64,000 bases of DNA from Azolla caroliniana (lineage: Eukaryota; Plantae; Polypodiophyta), in assembly GCA_043228905.1 (NCBI GenBank), contig JBHGNT010000009.1:17918001-17982000 (forward strand). Reading direction: 5' to 3'. The position numbers and the translations under genes are program-made. Of this stretch, positions 36,469 through 48,636 are shown piece by piece. The notes beneath the pieces were generated by a model. It did no database searches. It was not told the DNA's origin and worked only from the letters and a program-made list of their open reading frames with translations. Numbering within the stretch: position 1 is the first letter of the stretch; each line of letters begins with the position of its first letter.

Positions 36469-39400
36469 TCCAGCCCCACCAAACCGCACATCCTCCTCAT
36501 TTCCTCCTCCTCATTGACCTCGCGGCTTGTTATCCGCTCGCCTTTATCTTCGTCAACGTCATCGAGGTTTGGCTCCCTGTCGTGTCTCTTTTTGAAGATT
36601 TTGACCCGCTTCCCTGCTATTGGTATTGCCAGCTTAGTCCCATCAAGTTCAGCAAGGTGGTAGGTAGCATTATTGTTTGCACTCATTACCACGTACAACC
36701 CGAACCATCGCTTTGCGAGTTTCCGCATCGAGCTATGTTGATTGTCGAGACTACTATCATAAATAATCACCCAATCTCCTTCTTCGATCTTTCGAGGGCG
36801 TAGTCGGTGTGTCTTGTTGAATCAAGGTTTGTTACTTAGCCTAGCCGCTTCTAACCTCTCCTTTGGCAACTCCAAGTCTTCGGGTCTTCTCTCAAGTTGT
36901 CTTATCCTTGTGGCTAGAAGCTCTTCTCGTCTCATCTCGTTTTCCCACGACATCGCTACCCATGAAGCGATCATGTCTTCAATGGGCATCACCAGCTTTT
37001 GCCCGTACATGAGTTTAGTTGGCAAGAAACCTGTAATTGAGCTATGAGTTGTTCTATCGGCCCACAAGGCATAAGGTAGTAATCGAGGCCAATTCCCGAC
37101 TCGCCCATCACAAGCTCGTACAATGACTTTTACGATAGGCCCGTGTCCGCGTTCTATCTTTCCATTAGTCTCCGAGTTATAAGCGGTCGTGAGAGAGAGC
37201 TTTAGTCCAAGTCGGTCAAAGAGCTTTGTAGCTTCGTGAGTGTTCAACTGTCCTCTGTCGGCCACTATCTTTCCCACACATCCGTACCGACAGATGACAT
37301 CCTCGAGTAAGAATTTACACACCCCCGCCGTCGTTTTGTTTGCTAAGGCTCGCCCTTCTACTTGGTTTGTTAGGTCTTCTCTTGCTAGCACCAAATATTT
37401 CACTTGGCCCACTCCCATCGGCATCGAAACCAAATCCACCATCCATTTGAAGTGTATGGTGAGTGGATAGGTCGGTTGCAACTCGTCCCTATGGCGTATG
37501 TTGGAGTGTATCTAGCAGCTTTCACACGTCCCCGTGAAATGGGCGACATCCTTGTACATTCTCGGCCACCAATACTTCTCCTTTAACTTCTCAAATGTTG
37601 CCCACGTTCCTCTATGGCCCGCCCAAGGACTCTCATGGAACTCAGATACCAATGTTGTCTGGTCTTCTTCCTTTATGACCACTCATTGTGGCGTCCCCGT
37701 CCTTCTCTTCGGGTGCCTCCAGAGGAATCCCCCTCGTAGGAAGTACTTGTACGCTTTCTTTCGGACTCTCTGTGCTTCCTGCTTCGACCATGAACTATCC
37801 ACCGTCATTGAGCTTAAGAACTTGCCAATGTGTAGCCACTCCCCTTCGTATTCACTTTTGTTGAAGGCGTGGAGTACTCGCACATCTCGATCATCTATAG
37901 ACGCTTGGGATGTCTTAAAGAAGTCAAGAGTGACATCCTCATCTTCTGACACCATATCGCTTTCGTCCTCGAATCTTGCCCTCTATAGCATATTTGCCAT
38001 GGCATTGTTCTTCCCTGAAATGTGGTGAATCTCCGGGTTTATTGATTTGATGTAAGCAATCCACCTTAGCATAGCTAGGTCGGGTGTTGCACATCCCGAA
38101 ACCATCCCTAGGATTGGAAGGCAATCCGTCTCTATTACCACCTCTGACCCGATTAGGTAATGTTTATCCGCCTTTACTGCGGACACAATACCCCAAAGCT
38201 CACGTTTTACTTGGGTGTATCCTCGTTGTCACTCGCTTAAGACCTTGGCTCCGAACCAGATGGCGTAGCGTGTACCATCCTCTCCTTCTTGGTTTATGAC
38301 CCATCCGATCCCTATTGGACTCGTATCTACCGTCACGTAGATGGGCACCCCTTCCTTGTATACAGCTTTTCGTAAAGCTGGTGCTGCTACCAACATTCCT
38401 TTGAGCCTCTTCATTGCCTCTATGTGCTCTTCCTCCCACTTGAACTTTCGCGCCTTCTTGAGTAGCCCATACAAGGGCTCGGCTAGGTGAGCATAGTGCG
38501 GGATCTAGATGTGGTAGAATGCACATGCACCAAGAAAGCGCCTCACCTCTGTTTGCGATTTACATTCTTCCCTCATGTCTGTGATGGCGTCCACCTTTGC
38601 CGGGGATGGCTTCCGTCCGTACGCCCCGCACAAGTGTCCCACCACAAGGATCTCCGGTTGGCCGAATGCCGATTTCTCACCCGAGAAGGTCAACTACGCA
38701 TCTTTGAGTCTTTGTAGAACCTTCTCGCAATCGGAGATGTGATATGCCACAAAACATCTGCACCCATCCTCGTCCAAGGTTTCATCTTTCTCCGCTTCAG
38801 AGCACCCTTTTATGGGGATGTCATCGAGGAACGGCATGGTGATGTCGGGGATGCAATCTCTCAATACCTTGTTCATTGCATTTACCATGTGGGCTACAAA
38901 GTTAGTGCCTCCTTGTGGCAAGGTACACATTTGCACTAGGCCGATAGGGGTCCGCATCGTTGTGATGTCCCTACTCTCCACAGCTAGTTGGAATTGATCA
39001 TACCCCGAGTATAGATCACCGATCGAATAAATAGACCTTCCAACGAAGGCCTCGGCGAATTCGTCAACGCTCGGTCCAACCCCGGCATTTCGAATTGTCA
39101 CTTGATTAATAGGTTGTAGGTCCTAGATGAAGCGTAATGTGTCGTTCTTCTTTGGCACAGTGAACCACCGATTCGAGTATGGGGTGCTTGATGTCTTGAG
39201 GATACCCATCTCGATCTTTTCCTTGAGTAGCTCAATCAACTTCGGGATGTGAGATCTCGGAACAGGGATTGGCTTGATGTTCCACGGTACATGCGGCGCC
39301 GTAAAGATCACCATTGGCTCCACGATCTTAGGGTTTACACACCCTATCTCACCCGACGAGTAGGCAAAAGCCCTTCCGTGGCTTTCCATCATCCTTCTAA

Positions 39401-42400
39401 ATCTTTCCTCCTCCCTAGGCAATAGGAAGCCACCCCCACCAATCCGGAGCTTCTGTCGCATCTCGTTGGTGAACCGGTGCCCTATGCCTCGTGGATCCCG
39501 CAAGCTAGGATCAGCCGCTACCCCCTTTATCCGATCCCAACTATCGTTAGGCAATGGGGCAGCCACAGGCTTCTCCTTCTTGTCCACGGTCTTGTACTTT
39601 GTTTGCACCTTGATCGTCCTTGCTTCCTCAATCAACCGTCCAAGCTCTTCGATGGCGGTGTACATGTTAACTGAGTTGACTGGAATTACCTTGTCTTCAT
39701 TGAGGCCTGAAACGACTACCCTCTCCATCTCTCTGAGAGTGTCGTCGAATGAGACTGCCTCCATGGTGCCGTTTATGGTGTCATCTTCCCCCAATAAATT
39801 ACATTGTTTGAGATACCTTTCGTATCTCTTGGCCCTAGACTTATCTCTATCACTTAAACTAGTAATTTTACAAGAGCCATTTTCGGAGAACCCAAAATTG
39901 TTTCCTATTACATTTAATAGTTTTACAAGGGTTGAGGGTCTTAGTTTGCCTCGGGCTATTGCGGCCCCACTCTTTAATAGCCCGAATCAAAAATCCTCTC
40001 GGCTATCCCCTTTGAGGGAGGCTCGATTGCGCTCATGGTTGGGCCTCATCGTAAGGAATTGGACCGAATGCTTCCCATCTTGGCTCTTGACCCTCGCATA
40101 TGCCGACCCGTTGTCAAGCACCTTCGTCTCCATGCGAGCCGCTGTGATGTATGGTTCACCCAAGATGATCGGGTGCGAGGACGTCTCTTGAACAAAGAAA
40201 TGTTGATCTATTTCTACGTCCCCCACCTTCACACGTACATTTGGGCAAGCCCCGTATAGCTCCTCGGTTGCTCGGGTCGCCGCTCTAATCTTCCACCCGT
40301 GCTTCGTGTTAATCGGCCACTTTCCCTTTTTATAAAAGTCCATGGACATAAGGTTGATCTCAGAGCCATGGTCGATCAATGCTACAACCGGCTCTTTTAC
40401 ATCTCCGACCCGTACCGGTGTCTCTGTTGTCACTCTCGCCCAATGAGGCCTTGTGTAGTGACTGTCCGCATAGTCTTCGTCTTCCTCGGGAACCTCAGTT
40501 GACAATGCATTTACAATTCCGGGCTTTGCCACTTCTTGCTCCGTCGAGAGCCGCTTCCTCTTCATTAGGTCAATGATTACCTCGTGGAATTCTTTCTTGG
40601 CAATTCCGAGGACCTCTCGCAGAGTAAACTCTACGCGACTATCGAGGATCCTCACCTCCACTACCTTCTTCAAGTCTGTTGCTTGTTCGATCTCCGAGCA
40701 AAGCTTGAAGTTGGGGGGGTTCCCCTTCTCTTTCCATCTTTCGTCGCGTGCTTGAGACTGGTTCGGCTCTTCCCTTCTTCGTGCACCTCGAGCATCGTAT
40801 TTCCTTGATGGACCGGCTCCCTCGTCATTTCCTACCTTCTTCTCTTCTACCATTACTTTGTAGTTTTGGCAAGCGGCTTCCACTAAGCCTGTCTTTTCTT
40901 CCACCGGATCCTTCCACGCGGTTGCTTCTTGGACCCTTCTTTCCGCTTCATCCGCTTCTTCTCTTTTGAACTTCCCCTTAGAGAGGCTTCCAAGGATTGA
41001 TGGCCAAAAGTCAAACTCTTTCTCCTCTTGCCTCCTCATCTCTTTCCCCACTCGGATTCCAATTGACGCCGAGTAGTGGACGGCTTCAACATGTCATGCT
41101 TCGGCCTCCTCCATTAGCCTTCTCGTGCCCCCTCGGCCTTGATTCAATCCAAAGGGGCGCCTTGTCTCCATCAAATAGACCCTATTGTTCCAAAGATAGA
41201 CAATATCCTTTCTTAGGGCCTCTTGAAAGTCTCCACACTCCCTTCGTAGGTGGTCGGCGTTGTCGAACCACATCCATCTTTGTGCGAACAGGGGACGTCG
41301 ATCTTGAGGTCCACCACTCTCTCTCCTAGCTTGCGCTATTTGGAGATCTCGCACCATCTTTGTGAGCTCGTCTATTGCCGACCCTCCCGACGGTGCTTCA
41401 ACCACGTTTCTCTCGGGGACGAACGTTGCATTTGCTTGCTCTCTTTCTTGAGGTATTCTACCACCCCTGGGTTCATGTGTCTCACTAATGGAACCTGTGG
41501 ATGTTTGGCCGCTCAACGGAGACCCGTCGTTCCATTCCCTTCTCTTATCAAAGCGGCTACAAACCCGTTTTACCATAGCCCAATCCGTCGTGAGCCCATC
41601 ATTAGTTTCAAGGAGGGACCCCACCTTCTCTCAATCTCGTGCATCAACAGTCTTTATGAATAGTAGAACCATCCTATCGAGAGCCGAGAGTCGCGCGAAG
41701 CGCTTCTCAAATTCTGCCGGGAAGCTCAACCCACTCCATTAGATCCCTTTTCGAAATTCTGAGTGAGTCATCAAGGCCGTACTTCTCAAGGAGTCTTTCT
41801 TCGAACTACACCCAATTGCAACAATCCGCTTGGCTCTCGAGTACCTCTGCGTGGATACTCGGCGTTACCACTCTAGCGAATCCGGTTAGCCGCCTATCTT
41901 CGGGGACGTTTCGCATAAGCATTTTGGCCTTATAGGCATCCAAGTAGCTCGTGATATCTCTTCCATTGAACCGACCCGTTGTGCTGACCACCGTCTCTAT
42001 GGCCTGGTCTAGGCCGGTGATGCCTTCTCCGGCATTTACCAAGCGGTCCACCGTAGCCGCCATCGCTTCAGCGAGTTCTCCTCCTCGCATCTTGGTTCTC
42101 CCTTGCCGCCCTTTCACATCGGGTTCACCAATTTATGTCGAGAAGTTTCGCGCACGTGTGTTACTTGGGCGGAACCACGAGGATCTTGGACTAGGGAGTA
42201 CTCAAGGGATCGAGAAGACCCAAGGTTTGCTTTACGACAATACTACTTCCCGACCCCTTCCCAAGCAAGGTCTCGTTGCCGTTTGTTTTGTGAGGCCGGT
42301 GGCTCTCGTTGATCACGATTCGTCGACCTTCCAAGATCACCGCACGAGCCAAGTGACCAAACGGGTACAAGCAAGATGAGCATGCAACATGAACACACAA

Positions 42401-43273
42401 GGGGACGATAACACAAACACGAATGTCCATACATCTTTCTGAGGATGAGAGGTGCATGTGCACGCCCGAACGCTCCCTCGTCACAAGACGTCGAACGTAC
42501 GAGGAAGACACAAAACACATGCACAAATGCTCGTACGCCTTTATAAGGAGGAGAGGTGCATGGGCAAGACCGAACGCTCCCTCGTCACGAGACGACCGAA
42601 CGTACAAGGAAGACACAAACACATGCACAAAATGCTCGTACGCCTTTATGAGGAGGAGAGGTGCACAGTCAAGCCCGAAACGCTCCCTCGTCACAAGACG
42701 GCCGAACGTACAAGGAAGACACAAACACACACACAAATGCTCGTACGTCTTTATGAGGAGGAGAGGTGCATGGGCACGCCCGAAACGCTCCCTCGTCACA
42801 AGACGGTCGAACGTACACGGAAGACACAGACACAAGCACAAATGGTCGTACGCCTTTATCAGGAGGAGAGGTGCATGGGCAAGCCCGAACGGTCCCCTCA
42901 TCAAAAAACGGACGAACGTACAAGGAAGACACAAACACACACACAAATGCTCGTACGTCTTTATGAGGAGGAGAGGTGCATGGTGTCATAACTAGACTCG
43001 AACCCATAACCTTTTGTTACACGGGTCGAGACTTTACCATTAGGTTATGAATTGTAATTTGAAGGATATTATTTTCATTTAGGTTTTATTAGGAAATTGA
43101 TGTATATTCCAGATTTCTCTGGAACATTCTAGAAACTTCAGGAGTATTCCTGAAGACACTATAAAAGGAGGCGCAAGGCATTAGTTCGAACCAAATCGGT
43201 TCAACGCCAGTCTTAAGCCTTCTAACCACTGTTGTATATCTTCCTTCATATAATACATATATCTTTCGCATCA

Positions 43274-43324
<51 letters not shown>

Positions 43325-43452
43325 CCTTCTCTCAAAGTTCGACACCTCTCATAGTACTAATCCTTCTCTGTCTTAGTACTATTCCCCGACAATAGTACTA
43401 ATCCTTCTTTTAGTACTAATTCCTTCTCTGCCTTAATAGAGTTCCTGACAGT

Positions 43453-43464
43453 TTGAACCGATTT
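43453..43464 (+). promoter_or_regulatory. Self-priming PBS of G
   Basis: TTGAACCGATTT lacks the TGG of a tRNA PBS and is the exact reverse complement of AAATCGGTTCAA (43193-43204), ~33 nt downstream of TATAAAA (43160). Confidence 0.8.
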
Positions 43465-43555
43465 TTCCCTCGGTGCCTGTCTGGTCTTTTCTCTCCCTCT
43501 TCCTTCTGTCTCCCTCCTTTCCTATTAGTCTCTTATTCCCCTTTTCCTTCATCCC

Positions 43556-44725
43556 ATGGCCACCGTTAGCGCTGAAGAGTATCAATCCGTTTTCTCGGAA
43601 TTTCAATGCTTGAAAGAGAAGTTTCATGCTTTGGAACAAGAAAATCAACGCTTGTTGGGGGATCTTCAGCAAATTTCCTTAGAAAAGCAGCAAACGCAAC
43701 AACAACATGGGGAACTTGCGTTACGCGTGCAACAACTCGAAGCAACCATCGTAGCAATGCAACAACAAGGGCACGGAGCACAAGGGATTCATAAAGAACC
43801 CAAGATTGGCCTTCCCACGAAGTTCGATGGAACGCGATCGCAGTTTAGAGGGTTTCTTAACCAGGTACGGTTAGTTATTCAAATGCATCCGTCCCGATAT
43901 CCCACCGATGCATCACGAGTGGGTTTAGTAGGCACGTTGTTAAATGGCTCAGCATTAGCATGGTTCGCTCCGCTACTAGAAAAGGAATCTCCAGTACTAA
44001 ATAATTTTGAAGAATTCATAAGTGAGTTTAAAGCATGTTTTGGAGATACTGACAGCATAAGGACTGCAATCAATAAAATCCGGCGATTACGCCAAGGTGA
44101 CCGTCCAGCCTCCGCATATGCTGCAGATTTCCGCCTACTCGCCGCCGATATCCTCTGGGATGATCAAGCATTGATGGAGCAGTTCCGCTATGGTCTACGC
44201 AACGATGTCAAGGATTTACTCTTGACTTTCCCTGAAGAGCCAAAATCATTAACAGAAGCAATCAGTCGAGCGGTCAGATGTGACAACCGCCTCTTCGAGC
44301 GACGTTCGGAACGACAATTTCAGATGCCGAGGGCAAGATCCGAGCCTACCTATGCCTCAGTGGTAGCGAAACCTTTTCAAAGGGAGTCACATAATGCGCC
44401 TCCAGTAAGTACTCCAACTCCAATGGAAATTGACACTACACGTCGTCGTGGGCCGCTATCGGAGGAGGAAAAGCAACGACGCCGAACAAACCGATTATGC
44501 CTTTATTGCGGTGGACCAGGGCATATCGCGATAAACTGTCCCCATAGACCAAGAAGGCAGGTAAACCAAGTCGTTGTTAGTTCTGACTATACTAAACCCG
44601 AGTCTATTTCAGTAGGAATCTCTGATAGTCCTCATAGTCATAATAGTCCTAATAGTATTAATAGTCCGAATCTCGCAAACAAATTTGATATCCTTAGCCA
44701 ATTAGAAGAAGAGTTAAACGACTAA
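43556..44725 (+). CDS. gag: G Gag (coiled coil, capsid, zinc knuckle)
   Basis: PTKFDG, LRQG..A.Y..DF, PMEID, CLYCGGPGHIAINC. Confidence 0.95.
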   Translation: MATVSAEEYQSVFSEFQCLKEKFHALEQENQRLLGDLQQISLEKQQTQQQHGELALRVQQLEATIVAMQQQGHGAQGIHKEPKIGLPTKFDGTRSQFRGFLNQVRLVIQMHPSRYPTDASRVGLVGTLLNGSALAWFAPLLEKESPVLNNFEEFISEFKACFGDTDSIRTAINKIRRLRQGDRPASAYAADFRLLAADILWDDQALMEQFRYGLRNDVKDLLLTFPEEPKSLTEAISRAVRCDNRLFERRSERQFQMPRARSEPTYASVVAKPFQRESHNAPPVSTPTPMEIDTTRRRGPLSEEEKQRRRTNRLCLYCGGPGHIAINCPHRPRRQVNQVVVSSDYTKPESISVGISDSPHSHNSPNSINSPNLANKFDILSQLEEELND

Positions 44726-44765
44726 GTCCAGCCAAAATAGGAGCCGTTTGGTTGGACAGCCCTAG
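44713..44765 (+). promoter_or_regulatory. Predicted -1 frameshift signal of G (G TTA AAC plus 11-bp stem)
   Basis: Heptamer 44713-44719; spacer GACTAA; GTCCAGCCAAA/TTTGGTTGGAC stem; loop TAGG can pair with CCTA at 44761-64. Confidence 0.8.
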
Positions 44766-47700
44766 ATCTGTGCAGCCCATTAGTGGTTCCATTCCCTCTA
44801 AGCAAGTTAGTGATGTGTTCGTAGCCCAAGTAGCAGTTAGTACTAAAAGTACCCCTCCAGTACATACCTTAGCCCTTCTAGATTCCGGAGCTAATTCTTG
44901 CTTCATGGATAGGAATTTTGCCCGAGCTCATCAGATATCTCTCAGAAAGCTCCCATGTCCAGCCTCAGTAGTAGTCATTGATGGTCGTCCCATTGCTTCT
45001 GGTAATATCATAGAAGAGTCGGAACCCGTTAATATTGTCCTAGATAACTTAACATGTGTAGTATCATTTAATATTATTAGTATTCCAGAACATCCCATAG
45101 TTTTAGGATTACCATGGTTCGAGTTACATAACCCAGACATAGATTGGAGGACAAGGGAAATCCAGTTGCGACAAACCCAAGGATCTACCCAGAAGGTTGC
45201 AACCATTTCGCTACGTCAGTTGCGTGAGGAAGGGCGCAAGGAGGAAATGTTTCTCTTCGCAATATCAGTACAACCCTCCAGCACCACCAAAGAGGAGTCC
45301 ACCGTTCAACTTCCCGAGAAGTATCATCAGTATGCTGATGTGTTCGATAAAGTACAAGCCAACACACTTCCTCATCATCGGCCGTACGATTGCGCCATCG
45401 ACTTACAACCGGGAAAAGAGCCACCATGGGGGCCGATCTACAATTTGTCACCAACCGAGCTAGAAGTCCTTCGAGCCTATATAGAGGAGAATTTGGAGAA
45501 CGGTTTCATTCGGCATTCGAAATCTCCAGCCGGCGCACCCATTTTCTTCGTCAAGAAAAAAGATGGCTCGCTTCGACTCGTTGTAGATTACCGTGGCTTG
45601 AATAAGGTCACAGTAAGAAATAGGTATGCTCTTCCCCTTATCTCAAGTCTTTTAGAACGGATCAACGGTGCCAGGTTCTTCACGAAGATCGACTTACGAG
45701 GAGCCTATAACCTCGTACGGATCCGACCAGGAGATGAATGGAAGACCGCGTTTCGCACCAGATATGGGCACTTCGAGTATACGGTCATGCCGTTCGGACT
45801 CACTAATGCGCCGGCAGTCTTCCAGCACATGGCGAATGATATATTTCGAGATCTCTTGGATGATTTTTTGATCATCTATTTGGATGATCTACTGGTTTAT
45901 TCAAAGACCCAAGAAGAACATGATTCTCATGTACTATTAGTACTAAAACGACTTCGAGAACATGGTCTGTATGCAAAGTTAGAGAAATGTAGTTTCGGGT
46001 GCAACCAAGTGGAGTTTCTCGGCTATGTCATCTCCTCAGAAGGCATATCTATGGACCCAGCCAAGGTCAAAACGGTGATAGAATGGCACACTCCGCGTTC
46101 GGTGCGGGATGTGCAATGCTTCCTAGGCTTTGCAAATTTTTACCGGAAGTTCATACAAAATTACTCAAAAATTGTGCTGCCTCTCACACAGCTCACCAGG
46201 AAGGGACAATCATTCATCTGGTCTAAAGAGACGGACATGGCTTTCGAGAGTCTTAAGAAGGCGTTTACATCAGCTCCAATTTTAGGTCATGTGGATCCGG
46301 AAAAACCATTCATTATCGAAGCTGACGCATCGGATTTCGCATTGGGGAGCATTCTGTCACAACAAGGTAACGACGAGAAGCTACATCCTGTGGCTTTCCA
46401 CTCCCGTAAGTTTGACGCCGCCGAAATCAACTACGAAATTCATGATAAAGAGCTATTAGCAATAGTTGATTCTTTTATGCAATGGAGGCATTTCCTGGAG
46501 GGATCTCCTCATCAAGTCACTGTATTCAGTGACCACAAGAACCTTGCCTACTTTCAAGATGCTCGTGTACTGAATCGACGTCAAGCTCGGTGGGCCCACT
46601 TCCTCACACGCTTCGACTTCAAAATTACATATCGTCCGGGGAAGCACCAAGGGAAGGCAGATGCATTATCACGGCGTTCGTATCTAACACCACGTCCCGG
46701 TGAGCCAGCTTTCGATAACCAGAAGCAAGTAATCTTGGGTCCAGCACGACTGCAAGCAGCACAGGTCTTTGACATGCCCGTGGATTCCGACATTACCAAT
46801 ACTATACGTGAGGACTTGAAGACTGACGCTTTCGCCCAAGCTATACTAGCACAAATTGACCCCTCTCGAGCGTCATGTTCACAATCACAATCACCAGGTA
46901 CGGATTATCGGCAATTCAAATACTGTGATGGATTACTCTTCTTTAAAGAACTTTTGTATGTTCCTAATGGTTCTTGCCGCCTTCGAGTAGTACAAAACTG
47001 CCATGACACATATACAGCAGGACATTTTGGTAGTACTAAAACATTAGATTTAGTACAACGATCATTCTGGTGGCCCCGTATGCGACAATTTGTCGAAGAT
47101 TTTGTTCGGACTTGCGATACATGCTGCAGAGCGAAAATGCCAAGACATCATCCATATGGTTTATTAGAACCATTACCAATTCCAAGCAAGCCATGGCAAT
47201 CCATTGCTCTTGACTTCATTACAGATCTTCCAGTCTCTAAGGGATTCAGTGCGATTCTCACAGTGGTGGATCGATATACGAAGATGGCTCATTTCTTACC
47301 ATGTACTAAAGAAATATCTAGTGAAGACACCGCCGAAATTGTCATGCGGGAAGTATGTCGGCATCATGGACTCCCTGATAATATCATCAGCGATCGTGGA
47401 CCCCAGTTTGTGTCAAAATTCTGGAAGCACCTTTTTAAAATGCTGAAGGTCACTTGTAACCTCTCCTCCGGCTACCACCCACAAACCGACGGTCAAGCCG
47501 AACGAACAAATCAAACACTGGAGCAGTATCTGCGGTGCTTTCTCAACTATCATCAGAATGACTGGGCAGATATTCTTCAGTTCGCCGAATTTGCCTATAA
47601 TAACGCTATCCACGCATCGACTAAAGTCACGCCATTCTACGCTTATACAGGATATCATCCCCGGTGGTGTGTCCTTGAAACCCCAGAAGTGTCCACAAAT

Positions 47701-48309
47701 CCTTGCGCGGAGGATCGTTTGGAGCGGTTACGCAAGATACAAGCGGATTTATCTACTCAACTCCAGCAAGCTCAACAATCACACAAGGACTACGCAGATC
47801 GTCATCGACTTCCATCCAGTTTTAACATTGGAGATCGGGTGTGGCTGCTACGACGACACATCAAGACTACTCGCCCATGTGAGAAGTTGGATTATCGGCG
47901 ATTAGGTCCTTTCCGTATTATCGGGAAGATTAATGATGTCGCTTTTCGTCTCGAGCTACCTCCGCAACTTCGGATACATCCGGTGTTTCATAGTTCTCTC
48001 CTCGAACCCTATCACGAGAGCACTATCCCAGGACGTACTATACAACCACCACCTCCTATCGAGCTCGAAGATGGACCTGAGTATGAGGTCGCTGCCATCC
48101 TCGATTCCAAGATTGTTCGCAACAAGCTCTACTATCTAGTCGATTGGCTAGGGTATAGTCCCAGCGAGCGTACTTGGGAACCGATCGAGAATGTGACCAA
48201 TGCTCGTGCTCTTCTAGAAGACTTCCATCGACGATATCCCGAGAAACCGGGTCCTCAATCCAAAACGACTCGTGGAACTCGTCGTTTTAAAGGGGGGATA
48301 GTGTCATAA
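44713..48309 (+). CDS. pol: G Pol (PR, RT, RH, IN, chromodomain), -1 frame relative to gag
   Basis: ALLDSGA; MPFGL, YLDD; ADASD; HHCC; ISDRGPQF; GPF; chromodomain EYEVAAIL..YLVDWLGY..TWEP; frame open from 44713. Confidence 0.95.
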   Translation, partial: VKRLSPAKIGAVWLDSPRSVQPISGSIPSKQVSDVFVAQVAVSTKSTPPVHTLALLDSGANSCFMDRNFARAHQISLRKLPCPASVVVIDGRPIASGNIIEESEPVNIVLDNLTCVVSFNIISIPEHPIVLGLPWFELHNPDIDWRTREIQLRQTQGSTQKVATISLRQLREEGRKEEMFLFAISVQPSSTTKEESTVQLPEKYHQYADVFDKVQANTLPHHRPYDCAIDLQPGKEPPWGPIYNLSPTELEVLRAYIEENLENGFIRHSKSPAGAPIFFVKKKDGSLRLVVDYRGLNKVTVRNRYALPLISSLLERINGARFFTKIDLRGAYNLVRIRPGDEWKTAFRTRYGHFEYTVMPFGLTNAPAVFQHMANDIFRDLLDDFLIIYLDDLLVYSKTQEEHDSHVLLVLKRLREHGLYAKLEKCSFGCNQVEFLGYVISSEGISMDPAKVKTVIEWHTPRSVRDVQCFLGFANFYRKFIQNYSKIVLPLTQLTRKGQSFIWSKETDMAFESLKKAFTSAPILGHVDPEKPFIIEADASDFALGSILSQQGNDEKLHPVAFHSRKFDAAEINYEIHDKELLAIVDSFMQWRHFLEGSPHQVTVFSDHKNLAYFQDARVLNRRQARWAHFLTRFDFKITYRPGKHQGKADALSRRSYLTPRPGEPAFDNQKQVILGPARLQAAQVFDMPVDSDITNTIREDLKTDAFAQAILAQIDPSRASCSQSQSPGTDYRQFKYCDGLLFFKELLYVPNGSCRLRVVQNCHDTYTAGHFGSTKTLDLVQRSFWWPRMRQFVEDFVRTCDTCCRAKMPRHHPYGLLEPLPIPSKPWQSIALDFITDLPVSKGFSAILTVVDRYTKMAHFLPCTKEISSEDTAEIVMREVCRHHGLPDNIISDRGPQFVSKFWKHLFKMLKVTCNLSSGYHPQTDGQAERTNQTLEQYLRCFLNYHQNDWADILQFAEFAYNNAIHASTKVTPFYAYTGYHPRWCVLETPEVSTNPCAEDRLERLRKIQADLSTQLQQAQQSHKDYADRHRLPSSFNIGDRVWLLRRHIKTTRPCEKLDYRRLGPFRIIGKINDVAFRLELPPQLRIHPVFHSSLLEPYHESTIPGRTIQPPPPIELEDGPEYEVAAILDSKIVRNKLYYLVDWLGYSPSERTWEPIENVTNARALLEDFHRRYPEKPGPQSKTTRGTRRFKGGIVS

Positions 48310-48591
48310 CTAGACTCGAACCCATAACCTTTTGTTACACGGGTCGAGACTTTACCATTAGGTTATGAATTGTAATTTGAAGGATATTATTTTCATTTAG
48401 GTTTTATTAGGAAATTGATGTATATTCCAGATTTCTCTGGAACATTCTAGAAACTTCAGGAGTATTCCTGAAGACACTATAAAAGGAGGCGCAAGGCATT
48501 AGTTCGAACCAAATCGGTTCAACGCCAGTCTTAAGCCTTCTAACCACTGTTGTATATCTTCCTTCATATAATACATATATCTTTCGCATCA

Positions 48592-48636
<45 letters not shown>

